This document shows positions 21,266 through 30,912 of a stretch of DNA of 32,000 nucleotides, in pieces (the first letter of the stretch is position 1; every line of letters begins with the position of its first letter). The DNA is from Psychrobacter cryohalolentis K5 (GTDB lineage Bacteria > Pseudomonadota > Gammaproteobacteria > Pseudomonadales > Moraxellaceae), in assembly GCF_000013905.1 (NCBI RefSeq), contig NC_007969.1, positions 2,670,001 to 2,702,000 on the forward strand, written 5' to 3'. The position numbers and the translations under genes were made by a program. The notes under the pieces are model-generated. The model was given only the letters and a program-made list of their open reading frames with translations. It made no database searches and was not told the DNA's origin.

Positions 21266-22501
21266 ATGCGCCGCGTTGTTATCACTGGAGCAGGGATTGT
21301 CTCTTGTATCGGACATGATTTGGCTACTGTCACAGAGGCTCTTAAACAAGGACGCTCTGGCATCACGTTCAACGAATCTTATGCTGAGCACGAGTTCAAA
21401 TCACACGTCAGCGGCAGTATTGATCACTCACAGCTTGATACCTCAGCTATTGACCGCAAACTAAAACGGTTTTTTAGTGACGCAAGCCTATATGCTTATG
21501 TCAGTGCGTTAAGTGCCATTAAGCACGCTGGACTCTCTTTAGAAACCATCAATAACAATCCGCGTGTGGGCGTGGTCGCCAGCTCAGGCGGCGCGTCAAC
21601 AGAAAATATCGCCAATGCAATAGACGCCATGCGAGAAAAAGGGTTACGCGGCGTTGGTGCGATGGCTGTACCAAAAACAATGGGCAGCTCAGTATCAGCG
21701 GCGCTTGCTACGGGTCTAAAAATCCAAGGTATCTCATACTCATTAACCTCGGCTTGTGCCACGTCAACGCATTGTATCGGTCATGCTGCCGAGCTTATTC
21801 AATTGGGTAAAGCCGATGTGATACTCGCTGGTGGTAGTGAGGCAGAACATTGGACTCAGTCTTGTATGTTTGATGCCATGGGCGCTGTTAGCACTCAATA
21901 CAACGGTACTCCAGAGCTTGCCTCAAGAGCTTATGATAAAGACCGTGATGGTTTTGTTATCGCGGCAGGTGGCGCGATGGTAGTCGTTGAAAGTCTTGAG
22001 CATGCCCAAGCACGCGGTGCCAATATTTTGGCTGAAATTGTCGGTTATGGTGCCAGCTCTGATGGCGCAGAAATGGTTGCGCCAAGCGGTGAAGGCGCAG
22101 TACGCTGCATGAAACTAGCACTTGCTGAAGCGGGTTTAGAAAGCGTAGATTATATCAATAGCCATGGTACCAGTACGCCACTTGGTGACATCACTGAGCT
22201 TAAAGCTATTGCTAAAGTATTTGATAACGATATCAGTAAAGTGCCTGCCATTAGCTCGACTAAGTCTATGACAGGTCATAGCTTAGGTGCGGTTGGTGCA
22301 CAAGAGCTGATTTATTGCTTACTGATGTTACAAGACAGATTTATTGCACCAAGTATCAATATTACAGAATTAGATCCGGCTGCCAAAGGCTTTGATATCG
22401 TCACTGAAAAACGCGATCTTGAGCTTGAAACTCTTATGAGCAATAGCTTTGGCTTTGGCGGTACCAATGCAACACTAATCATCAAAAAGTTTGACGCTTA
22501 A
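21266..22501 (+). CDS. fabB: 3-oxoacyl-ACP synthase I (KAS I)
   Basis: 411 aa, collinear with E. coli FabB as recalled: [16 protein letters not shown], active-site Cys in [13 protein letters not shown], His residues in [11 protein letters not shown] and MTGHSLGA, and C-terminal [22 protein letters not shown]. Confidence 0.9.
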   Translation: MRRVVITGAGIVSCIGHDLATVTEALKQGRSGITFNESYAEHEFKSHVSGSIDHSQLDTSAIDRKLKRFFSDASLYAYVSALSAIKHAGLSLETINNNPRVGVVASSGGASTENIANAIDAMREKGLRGVGAMAVPKTMGSSVSAALATGLKIQGISYSLTSACATSTHCIGHAAELIQLGKADVILAGGSEAEHWTQSCMFDAMGAVSTQYNGTPELASRAYDKDRDGFVIAAGGAMVVVESLEHAQARGANILAEIVGYGASSDGAEMVAPSGEGAVRCMKLALAEAGLESVDYINSHGTSTPLGDITELKAIAKVFDNDISKVPAISSTKSMTGHSLGAVGAQELIYCLLMLQDRFIAPSINITELDPAAKGFDIVTEKRDLELETLMSNSFGFGGTNATLIIKKFDA

Positions 22502-22504
22502 ACT

Positions 22505-24196
22505 ATGGTTGTAATAGATACTCATACCACTGTGCAGACAGATTCTGCCCTACCGCCAGCTAGCAAAACTAGCTGGCGTTTTGGTGACTTATCTGCTGCC
22601 GAATTAATGCCGCACCTGCAACGACATTTGTTAGAACAAAATAGCAAAGCAAACTGGCAGCTGGTTTGGCTCAATAACGATGGGCGACCTGTGATTGGCT
22701 TATTACCAAAGACAAGCTGGTGCGTTTATCCTGTGACTAATAACACGCTGCATGCTACTAAGCAGGGAAACCTTTGTAAAATCGAGAAAACACGGCGTGG
22801 GCATGTTCACCTTTATAGTAATTCCAGTGATAGTGCGGCTACAAGCTATATGAGTTATAGCGACTGGCAAGAGGAATTAATTACTTACAGTCGGGCTCAT
22901 GAAATAGATGGCATTCACGGTAACGGCTCGTTCTCAACTAAAGACGTCGATCAACAACCAAGTTATCAGCACGGCTTAATAGGTTTTATCAGCTATGACA
23001 TTAGTGCTCATGAACTCAGTCCAACCGTTAATATAGAGATGGCAGCACAGCCGTGCGCGTTATTGGGGCATTATGATATTTACTTAACCGCTGATTCAGA
23101 CAGTCAAAGCAGTTGGCAGTTAAAGGTAAATAATGATAATAACCCTGACAGCAGCTCAGTCCAGCAGGATACAAATGCACTAATCAGAGTGCTAACATCT
23201 TATTTAAATAGTTTGGATAATCAACTATCGAATGAGAATGTCACTAAAAAATACTCCTGTAAAACGCCGCCTTTATTACTAGAAGCTCAATGGAGCAAAC
23301 GACACTATCAGCAGGCATTTCATCAAACGCAAAATTATTTGCAGCAAGGCGATTGTTATCAAATCAATTTAACCCAAGCATGGAGTGGCTATTTAAGCAC
23401 TTATGAAGATAATTCAGTCACAAGCCTCATTGACTATTTACCTGCTTTGCACGCTAATACCCAAGCGCCTTTTGCAGGATATATAGCCATTGATAGCTAT
23501 AATCATGAAGGTAAAGTAAATACATCAAACCATCAGTTTGAATTATTAAGCTGTTCGCCGGAATTATTTTTTACCTTTAGCAAAGATATTGAGACTGACA
23601 AGCATCATATACGTACCAAGCCGATCAAAGGAACCATGCCGCGCGGCTTAACAACCGAACAAGATAATGACTATAAGCAGCAGTTAATCAACAGCGAAAA
23701 AGACCGTGCAGAAAACGTTATGATTGTGGATTTGTTACGTAATGATTTGGGTAAATACGCCAAAATCGGTAGCGTAAAGGTACCACAGCTATTTGCGATT
23801 GAGAGTTTTAGTAATGTACATCATATGGTCAGCACCATTACCGCCGAGCTCAAGACAGATACTCATCCCTTAAGCGTCTTATTTGGCAGTTTGCCTGCAG
23901 GATCAATTACTGGCACACCAAAGAAACGGGCGGTAGAGATTATTGCAGAATTGGAAGGGGCACCGCGTAGTGCTTATTGTGGCACCATGGGTTATATGAA
24001 CTTTGATGGTAGCGGTCAGTGGAATGTACTGATTCGCACACTGCAAGCGACCAGCACAGCTGACAATAGCAAACAAGTCAGTTTATGGGCAGGCGGAGGT
24101 ATTACCGTTGCCTCTGACTGCGATGCTGAATATCAGGAGTGCCTAGATAAAGTCGGCAACCTATTATCTGTCCTTGCTAATACAGCCAACCACTGA
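22505..24196 (+). CDS. pabB: aminodeoxychorismate synthase component I (PabB-type chorismate-utilising enzyme)
   Basis: 563 aa. The chorismate-binding domain has GDCYQINLTQ, SCSPELFF, TKPIKGTMPRG (Lys in PIKGT is typical of PabB, where TrpE has Ala), EKDRAENVMIVDLLRND, SITGTPKKRAVEII and AGGGITVASD. The start is 3 nt after the fabB stop and has no obvious SD. Start-codon choice is less certain. Confidence 0.8.
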   Translation: MVVIDTHTTVQTDSALPPASKTSWRFGDLSAAELMPHLQRHLLEQNSKANWQLVWLNNDGRPVIGLLPKTSWCVYPVTNNTLHATKQGNLCKIEKTRRGHVHLYSNSSDSAATSYMSYSDWQEELITYSRAHEIDGIHGNGSFSTKDVDQQPSYQHGLIGFISYDISAHELSPTVNIEMAAQPCALLGHYDIYLTADSDSQSSWQLKVNNDNNPDSSSVQQDTNALIRVLTSYLNSLDNQLSNENVTKKYSCKTPPLLLEAQWSKRHYQQAFHQTQNYLQQGDCYQINLTQAWSGYLSTYEDNSVTSLIDYLPALHANTQAPFAGYIAIDSYNHEGKVNTSNHQFELLSCSPELFFTFSKDIETDKHHIRTKPIKGTMPRGLTTEQDNDYKQQLINSEKDRAENVMIVDLLRNDLGKYAKIGSVKVPQLFAIESFSNVHHMVSTITAELKTDTHPLSVLFGSLPAGSITGTPKKRAVEIIAELEGAPRSAYCGTMGYMNFDGSGQWNVLIRTLQATSTADNSKQVSLWAGGGITVASDCDAEYQECLDKVGNLLSVLANTANH

Positions 24197-24231
24197 GCTT
24201 TATATTCGAAAACAGCTTAAAGCGGCGCAAA

Positions 24232-24266
24232 AGAGCCTGCTCACATCATGTGAGCAGGCTCTTTTT
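24232..24266. terminator. bidirectional rho-independent terminator between convergent pabB and hisC
   Basis: Perfect 14-bp stem AGAGCCTGCTCACA-TCA-TGTGAGCAGGCTCT. TTTTT follows on the plus strand, and AAAA precedes it (UUUU on the minus strand). Confidence 0.85.
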
Positions 24267-24310
24267 ATTACTTATGAAATATTGTTTTAGTACTATAGTT
24301 GAGCTAGGTA

Positions 24311-25444
24311 TTAATTTGCCTCGACATCCGCTACAGTTTGTAGCGCTTTTAACGCATCAATTAAACGCTCGTTCTGGGCAGCGGTGCCAATCGTAATGCG
24401 CAAATACTCATTAATACGCGGCTTATCAAAATGACGAACAATGATACCTTGCTCACGTAATACTTCTGCTACTTGACTGGCAGCACCATCATGAGGACGC
24501 GCAAAGACAAAGTTGGCATGTGACGGCAGTACGTCATAACCTAAGGCCGTCAACTCAACCGTCAACGATGTACGCAAATCAATGACCTGCTGGCGGGTTT
24601 TCTCAAAATATTCAACATCTAAGACGCTAGCTGTTGCACCAGCTTGTGCCAACTTATCAAGTGGATAGCTATTAAAGCTGTTTTTCATACGCGTTAATGC
24701 TTCAATCAAAGAGGCATTACCAAATGCCATACCGACACGCAGTCCGGCAAGCGAACGCGATTTTGAAAAGGTCTGGGTAACTAGCAAGTTATCAAATTCA
24801 TTAATAAGGTTAACCGCTGATACTTCTACGTCTGGACTACTCTCTTCTAGCTGAGCAAAATCGATATACGCCTCATCAATCACAATCACTGAATTTGAGT
24901 GCTCGCCTGCAAGCTTACGGATATCAGCAAGCGACAATAATAAACCAGTTGGCGCATTTGGATTGGCAATAATGATACCACTGCAAGGTCGACGATAGGC
25001 ATCAGGACTGATACTAAAATCTGCTTCTAATGGGATTTGCACAAGCTCTATACCAAAGGTATTGGCATAAACGGGATAAAAGCTGTAGCTAATATCAGGC
25101 GCTAAAATTGGGCGCTCTTTTAAGAAGAAGCTGGCGAATACCAATGCCAATACTTCATCTGAGCCATTACCAACGAACACTTGATTGATATCAAGATCAT
25201 AAAGCGTGGCCAATGCGCCGCGCAATTCTTCAGACTCAGGTGCAGGGTACAAGCGCAAATCATCCGCTTGCTGCGCTAAGACTTTAATAATCGCCTCACC
25301 TACTTTTGGTGAAGGTGGAAATGGATTTTCATTGGTGTTCAACTTGCACAAATCGTCATGCTGGGGCTGCTCACCAGGAACATACGGCGATAAATTACGC
25401 GCTTTAGATGACCAAAGTCTGTTATCTATCTTTGATTCACTCAT
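24311..25444 (-). CDS. hisC: histidinol-phosphate aminotransferase
   Basis: 377 aa. N-terminal YVPGEQP and LNTNENPFPPSP motifs, PLP-lysine context TFSKSRSLAGLRVG. AGGAT RBS. Confidence 0.9.
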   Translation of the reverse strand: MSESKIDNRLWSSKARNLSPYVPGEQPQHDDLCKLNTNENPFPPSPKVGEAIIKVLAQQADDLRLYPAPESEELRGALATLYDLDINQVFVGNGSDEVLALVFASFFLKERPILAPDISYSFYPVYANTFGIELVQIPLEADFSISPDAYRRPCSGIIIANPNAPTGLLLSLADIRKLAGEHSNSVIVIDEAYIDFAQLEESSPDVEVSAVNLINEFDNLLVTQTFSKSRSLAGLRVGMAFGNASLIEALTRMKNSFNSYPLDKLAQAGATASVLDVEYFEKTRQQVIDLRTSLTVELTALGYDVLPSHANFVFARPHDGAASQVAEVLREQGIIVRHFDKPRINEYLRITIGTAAQNERLIDALKALQTVADVEAN

Positions 25445-25472
25445 AAGTTATCCTACTATTAATCACAGAAAT

Positions 25473-25532
25473 GGTTATTTCTAAAACTGTTATTCTAAAA
25501 GTTGTTATCCAAAGACCTGTTATTCCAATAAT
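25473..25532. repeat. four tandem units of a degenerate 15-bp repeat (TGTTATTCnAAAnnn), with a fifth decayed unit to 25547
   Basis: (G/T)GTTAT starts at 25473, 25488, 25503 and 25518, and TGTCTT at 25533, which is an exact 15-bp phase. The array fills most of the 102-bp hisD-hisC spacer. Confidence 0.6.
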
Positions 25533-25546
25533 TGTCTTTGAAAAAA

Positions 25547-26845
25547 TTAGGACTGGTAACGATAACGGGCTGAACGTGCATGGGCTTCTAAGTCCTCATG
25601 CTGCGCTAAAATATCTGCCGTCTCAGCCAAAGGCTTACTGCCCGCTTCACTACAATAAATAATGGATGACTTCTTTTGAAAATCATAGACGCCAAGCGGT
25701 GACGAAAAGCGTGCTGTACCCGATGTCGGTAGCACATGGTTCGGTCCTGCACAGTAGTCACCGATTGCCTCTGGCGTATGACGTCCCATAAAGATAGCAC
25801 CTGCATGACGAATACTACCAAGCAACGCGTCTGGATTATCAACAGACAGCTCCAAATGCTCAGGCGCAACGCGATTGATCACCGCCATGCCTTCTGCACG
25901 GTCTTTAACCAAGATAAGCGCGCCACGATTTTTTAGCGAATCACGAGCGATATCTGCCTTGGGTAATTCAGCCAAGGCTTTTTCAATCTCAATGGCGACT
26001 TCTTTAAGCTGTTTTTCACTTGTGGTCAAAAAAATCGCTTGGGCAATACGGTCATGCTCTGCCTGTGATAATAAATCCATCGCTAACCAATCAGCACGGT
26101 CTGGCGCTTCGCCTTCTGCATAAACCAGAACCTCAGAAGGTCCGGCAATCATATCTATACCGACTTGACCGAATACCGCGCGTTTGGCGGCTGCAACATA
26201 TTTATTGCCCGGTCCAGTGATTTTATCTACTGCCGAAATCGTTTCAGTACCATATGCCAATGCCGCTACCGCTTGTGCACCGCCAATAGTAAAAACGCGA
26301 TCAACTTGTGCCAAATGCGCCGCCGCTAATACCAAGGGATTGAGCACACCTTTTGGCGCTGGCACTACCATGATAACTTCTTTGACACCAGCAACTTTGG
26401 CAGGGATAGCGTTCATTAATACTGAAGAAGGATAAGATGCCAGACCGCCCGGCACATAAATGCCGACACGGTCAAGCGGCGTGACCTTTTGACCTAAACG
26501 ATTACCGAATTCATCTTCATACTGCCATGACTCTTGTACTTGGCGCTCATGAAAGCTCTGCACGCGCGTCGCTGCTGTGGTCAGAGCGCTTTTCACGGCA
26601 TCATCAAGATTGGCAAAGGCTTCAGCAAGTGCCTCTTTGGATAATTCTAAAGCCTTCATCGTCGTTGCTGGATGTTGATCAAACTGCTGCGTCAATTCTA
26701 GCACCACACTATCCCCGCCATGACGCACTTTACTAATAATGTCATCTACCGTTTTGAGTAAATCGGCATCATTAACGGTTTCAAAAGCAAGCAGTTCTGT
26801 CAACTGACTGTCAAAATCGGCGTCTTGCGTACTTAATTGGCGCAT
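25547..26845 (-). CDS. hisD: histidinol dehydrogenase
   Basis: 432 aa. Motifs [26 protein letters not shown] and [18 protein letters not shown]. Confidence 0.93.
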   Translation of the reverse strand: MRQLSTQDADFDSQLTELLAFETVNDADLLKTVDDIISKVRHGGDSVVLELTQQFDQHPATTMKALELSKEALAEAFANLDDAVKSALTTAATRVQSFHERQVQESWQYEDEFGNRLGQKVTPLDRVGIYVPGGLASYPSSVLMNAIPAKVAGVKEVIMVVPAPKGVLNPLVLAAAHLAQVDRVFTIGGAQAVAALAYGTETISAVDKITGPGNKYVAAAKRAVFGQVGIDMIAGPSEVLVYAEGEAPDRADWLAMDLLSQAEHDRIAQAIFLTTSEKQLKEVAIEIEKALAELPKADIARDSLKNRGALILVKDRAEGMAVINRVAPEHLELSVDNPDALLGSIRHAGAIFMGRHTPEAIGDYCAGPNHVLPTSGTARFSSPLGVYDFQKKSSIIYCSEAGSKPLAETADILAQHEDLEAHARSARYRYQS

Positions 26846-26975
26846 GGCTTTGTCCTATATTTGAGCATGAATACGGCGGTAAAAAGGATAATATGAGGGC
26901 TTAGATGTCAGCTTATTTATAGTAATCACATTCAGACTATACGGTGCTTTTATTAGCTGACATGCAAATACAATA

Positions 26976-27022
26976 AAACCAGTTTAGCACGCTATGTTCT
27001 CCTTAGAGCGCTAAACTGGTTT
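26976..27022 (-). terminator. terminator-like hairpin between hisG and hisD
   Basis: Perfect 13-bp stem AAACCAGTTTAGC (26976-26988) / GCTAAACTGGTTT (27010-27022), extendable by a few more pairs. On the minus strand it is followed by UAUUGUAUUU. It lies about 60 nt past the hisG stop. Confidence 0.45.
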
Positions 27023-27084
27023 GGAATTTTGTATAACCATACTTGATATTATCAATCTACGATACGCTTTTATCATGTACTGAT

Positions 27085-27780
27085 TTATGGAGTACTGCTG
27101 ATACTGTTTTTAAAACTATCTAATATCGGCTCAAACAGTGAAAACTTGCGCTTATAACTGACTTGGTTGACGATAAGACGGGAAGAGACATCACAGATAT
27201 GATCGCGCGCTTCGAGTCCATTGGCACGTAAGGTATTGCCCGTATCAACCACGTCGACTATCAAATCACCTAAACCAACCAAGGGCGCAAGTTCCATCGA
27301 GCCGTACAGCTTGATCACATCAACTTGCTGTCCTTGACTTGCAAAATAAGCACGAGCAACATTCACATATTTGGTGGCAATACGTAGGCGACGGTTTGGC
27401 AAAGGTGCATCTTTTACACCAGCGGTCATGAGCTTACACTGAGCAATCTTCAGATCTAATAATTCATAAACATGATTGGCGCCATGCTCAAGCAACACAT
27501 CTTTACCTGCCACACCAAAGTCCGCTGCACCGTGTTCAACATACGTTGGCACATCGCTTGCGCGTAAAATTAATACTCGGACATTGGGATTTGAGGTTGG
27601 AAAAATAAGCTTGCGTGAGGCTTCAGGATCTTCCAATAATTCAACGCCAGCGGCACGCAAAAGTGGCATCGTCTCTTCTAAGATACGACCCTTGGATAAC
27701 GCCAGTGTTAAGCCTGAAAACTCATCATTTACTTCGTTTAATAAACCACTGGTTGGTAAGCTGTTGGTTACTTCAGTCAT
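27085..27780 (-). CDS. hisG: ATP phosphoribosyltransferase, short form (HisG-S, no C-terminal regulatory domain)
   Basis: The ORF-track frame starts at TTG 27828. I prefer ATG 27778-27780 ([16 protein letters not shown]...), which matches my recollection of the Psychrobacter HisG N-terminus. About 231 aa, with LALSKGRL-type and [18 protein letters not shown] (PRPP loop) motifs. The start codon is uncertain because neither candidate has a strong SD. Confidence 0.85.
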   Translation of the reverse strand: MTEVTNSLPTSGLLNEVNDEFSGLTLALSKGRILEETMPLLRAAGVELLEDPEASRKLIFPTSNPNVRVLILRASDVPTYVEHGAADFGVAGKDVLLEHGANHVYELLDLKIAQCKLMTAGVKDAPLPNRRLRIATKYVNVARAYFASQGQQVDVIKLYGSMELAPLVGLGDLIVDVVDTGNTLRANGLEARDHICDVSSRLIVNQVSYKRKFSLFEPILDSFKNSISSTP

Positions 27781-27872
27781 AGTGACGCTGGTCCGTGTGC
27801 TGATGGTGCTGAAAGTTGTCGCCGTCAAAGGGCATTTTTAATATTACACTAGGCTTAAAATTTATTTTGATT

Positions 27873-27900
27873 ATAACGCCAGTATTAATACTAGCGTTAT
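27873..27900 (-). other. 12-bp hairpin just downstream of murA
   Basis: The minus strand reads AUAACGCUAGUA-UUAA-UACUGGCGUUAU with one G-U, which would be a C-A mismatch on the plus strand. It lies 18 nt after the murA stop. No clean U-tract follows, and the 3' arm overlaps a TATAAT hexamer. Confidence 0.3.
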
Positions 27901-27917
27901 AACTTTTAGCAAGCCAA

Positions 27918-29198
<1,281 letters not shown>

Positions 29199-29303
29199 CT
29201 AACGATAAGTATAAAAATAATGAAAAACCGAATCGGTTATTAGCGGCAAAAATACTTGCTCGTAATAAACAATCCAGTCGTAAATAAAAAGCTTTAACCT
29301 ACT

Positions 29304-29555
29304 CTAGCCTTGCGATTGAACATCCCATTCAGCAGGCGTTAACGCTTGAATATTGAGCGCATGAATATCACCACTGGCGATTTTATCATTGACCAAAGCA
29401 TAAACGGCTTGCTGACGTTGAACGGCGCGTTTGCCCTCAAAACTGGCATCAACCACACGCACATCAAACTTAGTTCCTTGATTGGCAGCTTGAATAAAGG
29501 CATCTGGAAAATGCGTTTGTAAAAATGCAATCAAATCGTCAGCGTTCATGCTCAT
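29304..29555 (-). CDS. ibaG: BolA-family protein IbaG/YrbA
   Basis: 83 aa. FEGKRAVQRQQAVYALVNDKIASGDIHALNIQALTPAEW aligns with E. coli IbaG as recalled. The conserved position immediately upstream of murA supports the call. Confidence 0.85.
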   Translation of the reverse strand: MSMNADDLIAFLQTHFPDAFIQAANQGTKFDVRVVDASFEGKRAVQRQQAVYALVNDKIASGDIHALNIQALTPAEWDVQSQG

Positions 29556-29606
29556 AGAATATTCTGCCTTAAGGTTTTAGATAGGGTATAGAGGTAAAGT
29601 GACGAC

Positions 29607-29615
29607 ATTATAACA
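29607..29615 (-). promoter_or_regulatory. candidate extended -10 promoter (TGtTATAAT) for ibaG-murA
   Basis: The minus strand reads CTTGTTATAATG. The -10 ends about 50 nt upstream of the ibaG ATG. There is no good -35, which fits the extended -10 class. Confidence 0.35.
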
Positions 29616-29716
29616 AGAGTTTGACCATCTTACAGCACTGTCTTACACAACAATGCTTAACCATTATTAACCTAAAATAGAATCAATACCCATGTCGGAC
29701 TTACTAACTGCAACCC

Positions 29717-30667
29717 TTATTTAAAGGTTTTATCCAAATAACTTAATACTTGTGCGCGTACATCATTGACCCAGCGTAGAGGTGGTGCCATCGCGCCAAT
29801 ACTGGTGGCATGACTGGCACCGGCAATTTCACTTGTCTGCACGGTAACACCTGCCGCTTTTAACGCCTGTGTCATTTTGATGGTATTGGTCGCATAGACA
29901 ACTTTGTCTTTTTCAGCAGTCAATAATAAATACGGCGGCTGCTGCCCTTTGATCTGACGATCTGGCATTACCTCATCAGGTGTCGCGTCGGCAGCAAAAG
30001 CAGTGACGCTACTAAATTTACGAAAGTCATAACTATAAGGACCTGCAATACCAATCACTGCCGTGATATCTTTTGGCTTAATACCATAAGGCTTTAAAAA
30101 ATCCTCATTGGCGACCGCAGCAACAGCGTTAAACGCTCCGGCAGAATGACCAACGACTGCAAAACGCTCTGGATTGGCATGGAAACGCTTGGCATTTTTA
30201 TAGCTCCACGCAATCGCTTGCGCCGTATCTTCGACATAATCAGGATAGACATGCTCAGGGGCTTTACGATAATTAATCACTGCAGTCACATAACCTGCTT
30301 GCGCCAAACTCTGCCCGACAAAGGCATATTCCTCCTTACTTCCACTCTCCCAAGAGCCGCCATGGACGAATACCACCATCGGATAATCTTGTTTGATGGT
30401 GGTATTCGTTTTCATAGCCTGCGCTAAAGGTTTTGGATAGTAAATATCCAAATCTTGTAATGGCTCGTCACCATACAGGATGTCTTTACTAACCCCAATG
30501 CCGCCATTTGAAGTAATACCATTAACGATAGCAAGCGCTGATAACGCTTGTGCTTGCTGCGTCGCTAGCGCAATACTGCCTACTGCCAACGCAGTAGTAA
30601 CCCCTACACGTACGAGTTTGGACATACCTACCTTAGGTCGCTGTACATCATTATTTAAAGCCTTCAT
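29717..30667 (-). CDS. secreted alpha/beta hydrolase (esterase/lipase-like, HGG and GxSxG motifs)
   Basis: 316 aa. Sec-type signal peptide ...KLVRVGVTTALAVGSIALATQQAQA, oxyanion-hole VFVHGGSW, nucleophile elbow VVGHSAGA, and candidate acid/His in EKDKVV and GASHAT. The start could be ATG 30667 (AGGAA RBS) or the internal ATG at 30625 (AAGGTAGG RBS). Confidence 0.75.
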   Translation of the reverse strand: MKALNNDVQRPKVGMSKLVRVGVTTALAVGSIALATQQAQALSALAIVNGITSNGGIGVSKDILYGDEPLQDLDIYYPKPLAQAMKTNTTIKQDYPMVVFVHGGSWESGSKEEYAFVGQSLAQAGYVTAVINYRKAPEHVYPDYVEDTAQAIAWSYKNAKRFHANPERFAVVGHSAGAFNAVAAVANEDFLKPYGIKPKDITAVIGIAGPYSYDFRKFSSVTAFAADATPDEVMPDRQIKGQQPPYLLLTAEKDKVVYATNTIKMTQALKAAGVTVQTSEIAGASHATSIGAMAPPLRWVNDVRAQVLSYLDKTFK

Positions 30668-30912
30668 AGCAGTATTCCTGTTATATGTCAGTCAGTTGTA
30701 GATTTATAATCTTACCTACACTGCATTAACTATATTTGCGATTAATATTTTTTGACTGTACATATTTTACGGAATAACAGGGAATTTATCGTGCTTCTAC
30801 TGTTATGGGTATTTAGTGTTCTTGTGAGTGATATTTGGGCTACTTTAAGATAAAACTAGCATTAGATAACAATATCTTGTCAAGATTAATCACTCATCTA
30901 ATTCACTTCAAT

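Noticed and set aside
21133-21372. 79-aa minus-strand ORF overlapping the fabB start, and other shadows inside fabB (21276-21464, 21496-21762)
   Set aside because: They overlap a clearly conserved fabB. No RBS.
25473-25547. Could the 15-bp repeats be a CRISPR array or an iteron origin?
   Set aside because: The units are contiguous with no spacers, far shorter than CRISPR repeats, and degenerate. There are no cas or rep genes nearby.
25471-25662. 63-aa plus-strand ORF (MVISKTVILKVVIQRPVIPIIV...) across the hisD-hisC spacer
   Set aside because: Its repetitive V/I peptide is simply the translation of the 15-bp DNA repeat. It runs antisense into hisD and has no RBS.
26985-27000. AAGGAG in the hairpin loop followed 8 nt later by GTG, opening a 17-codon ORF (MLNWFYCICMSANKSTV) on the minus strand
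   Set aside because: The start codon and ORF are buried in the stem of the terminator-like hairpin. It is too short and unsupported, and was noted only as a curiosity.
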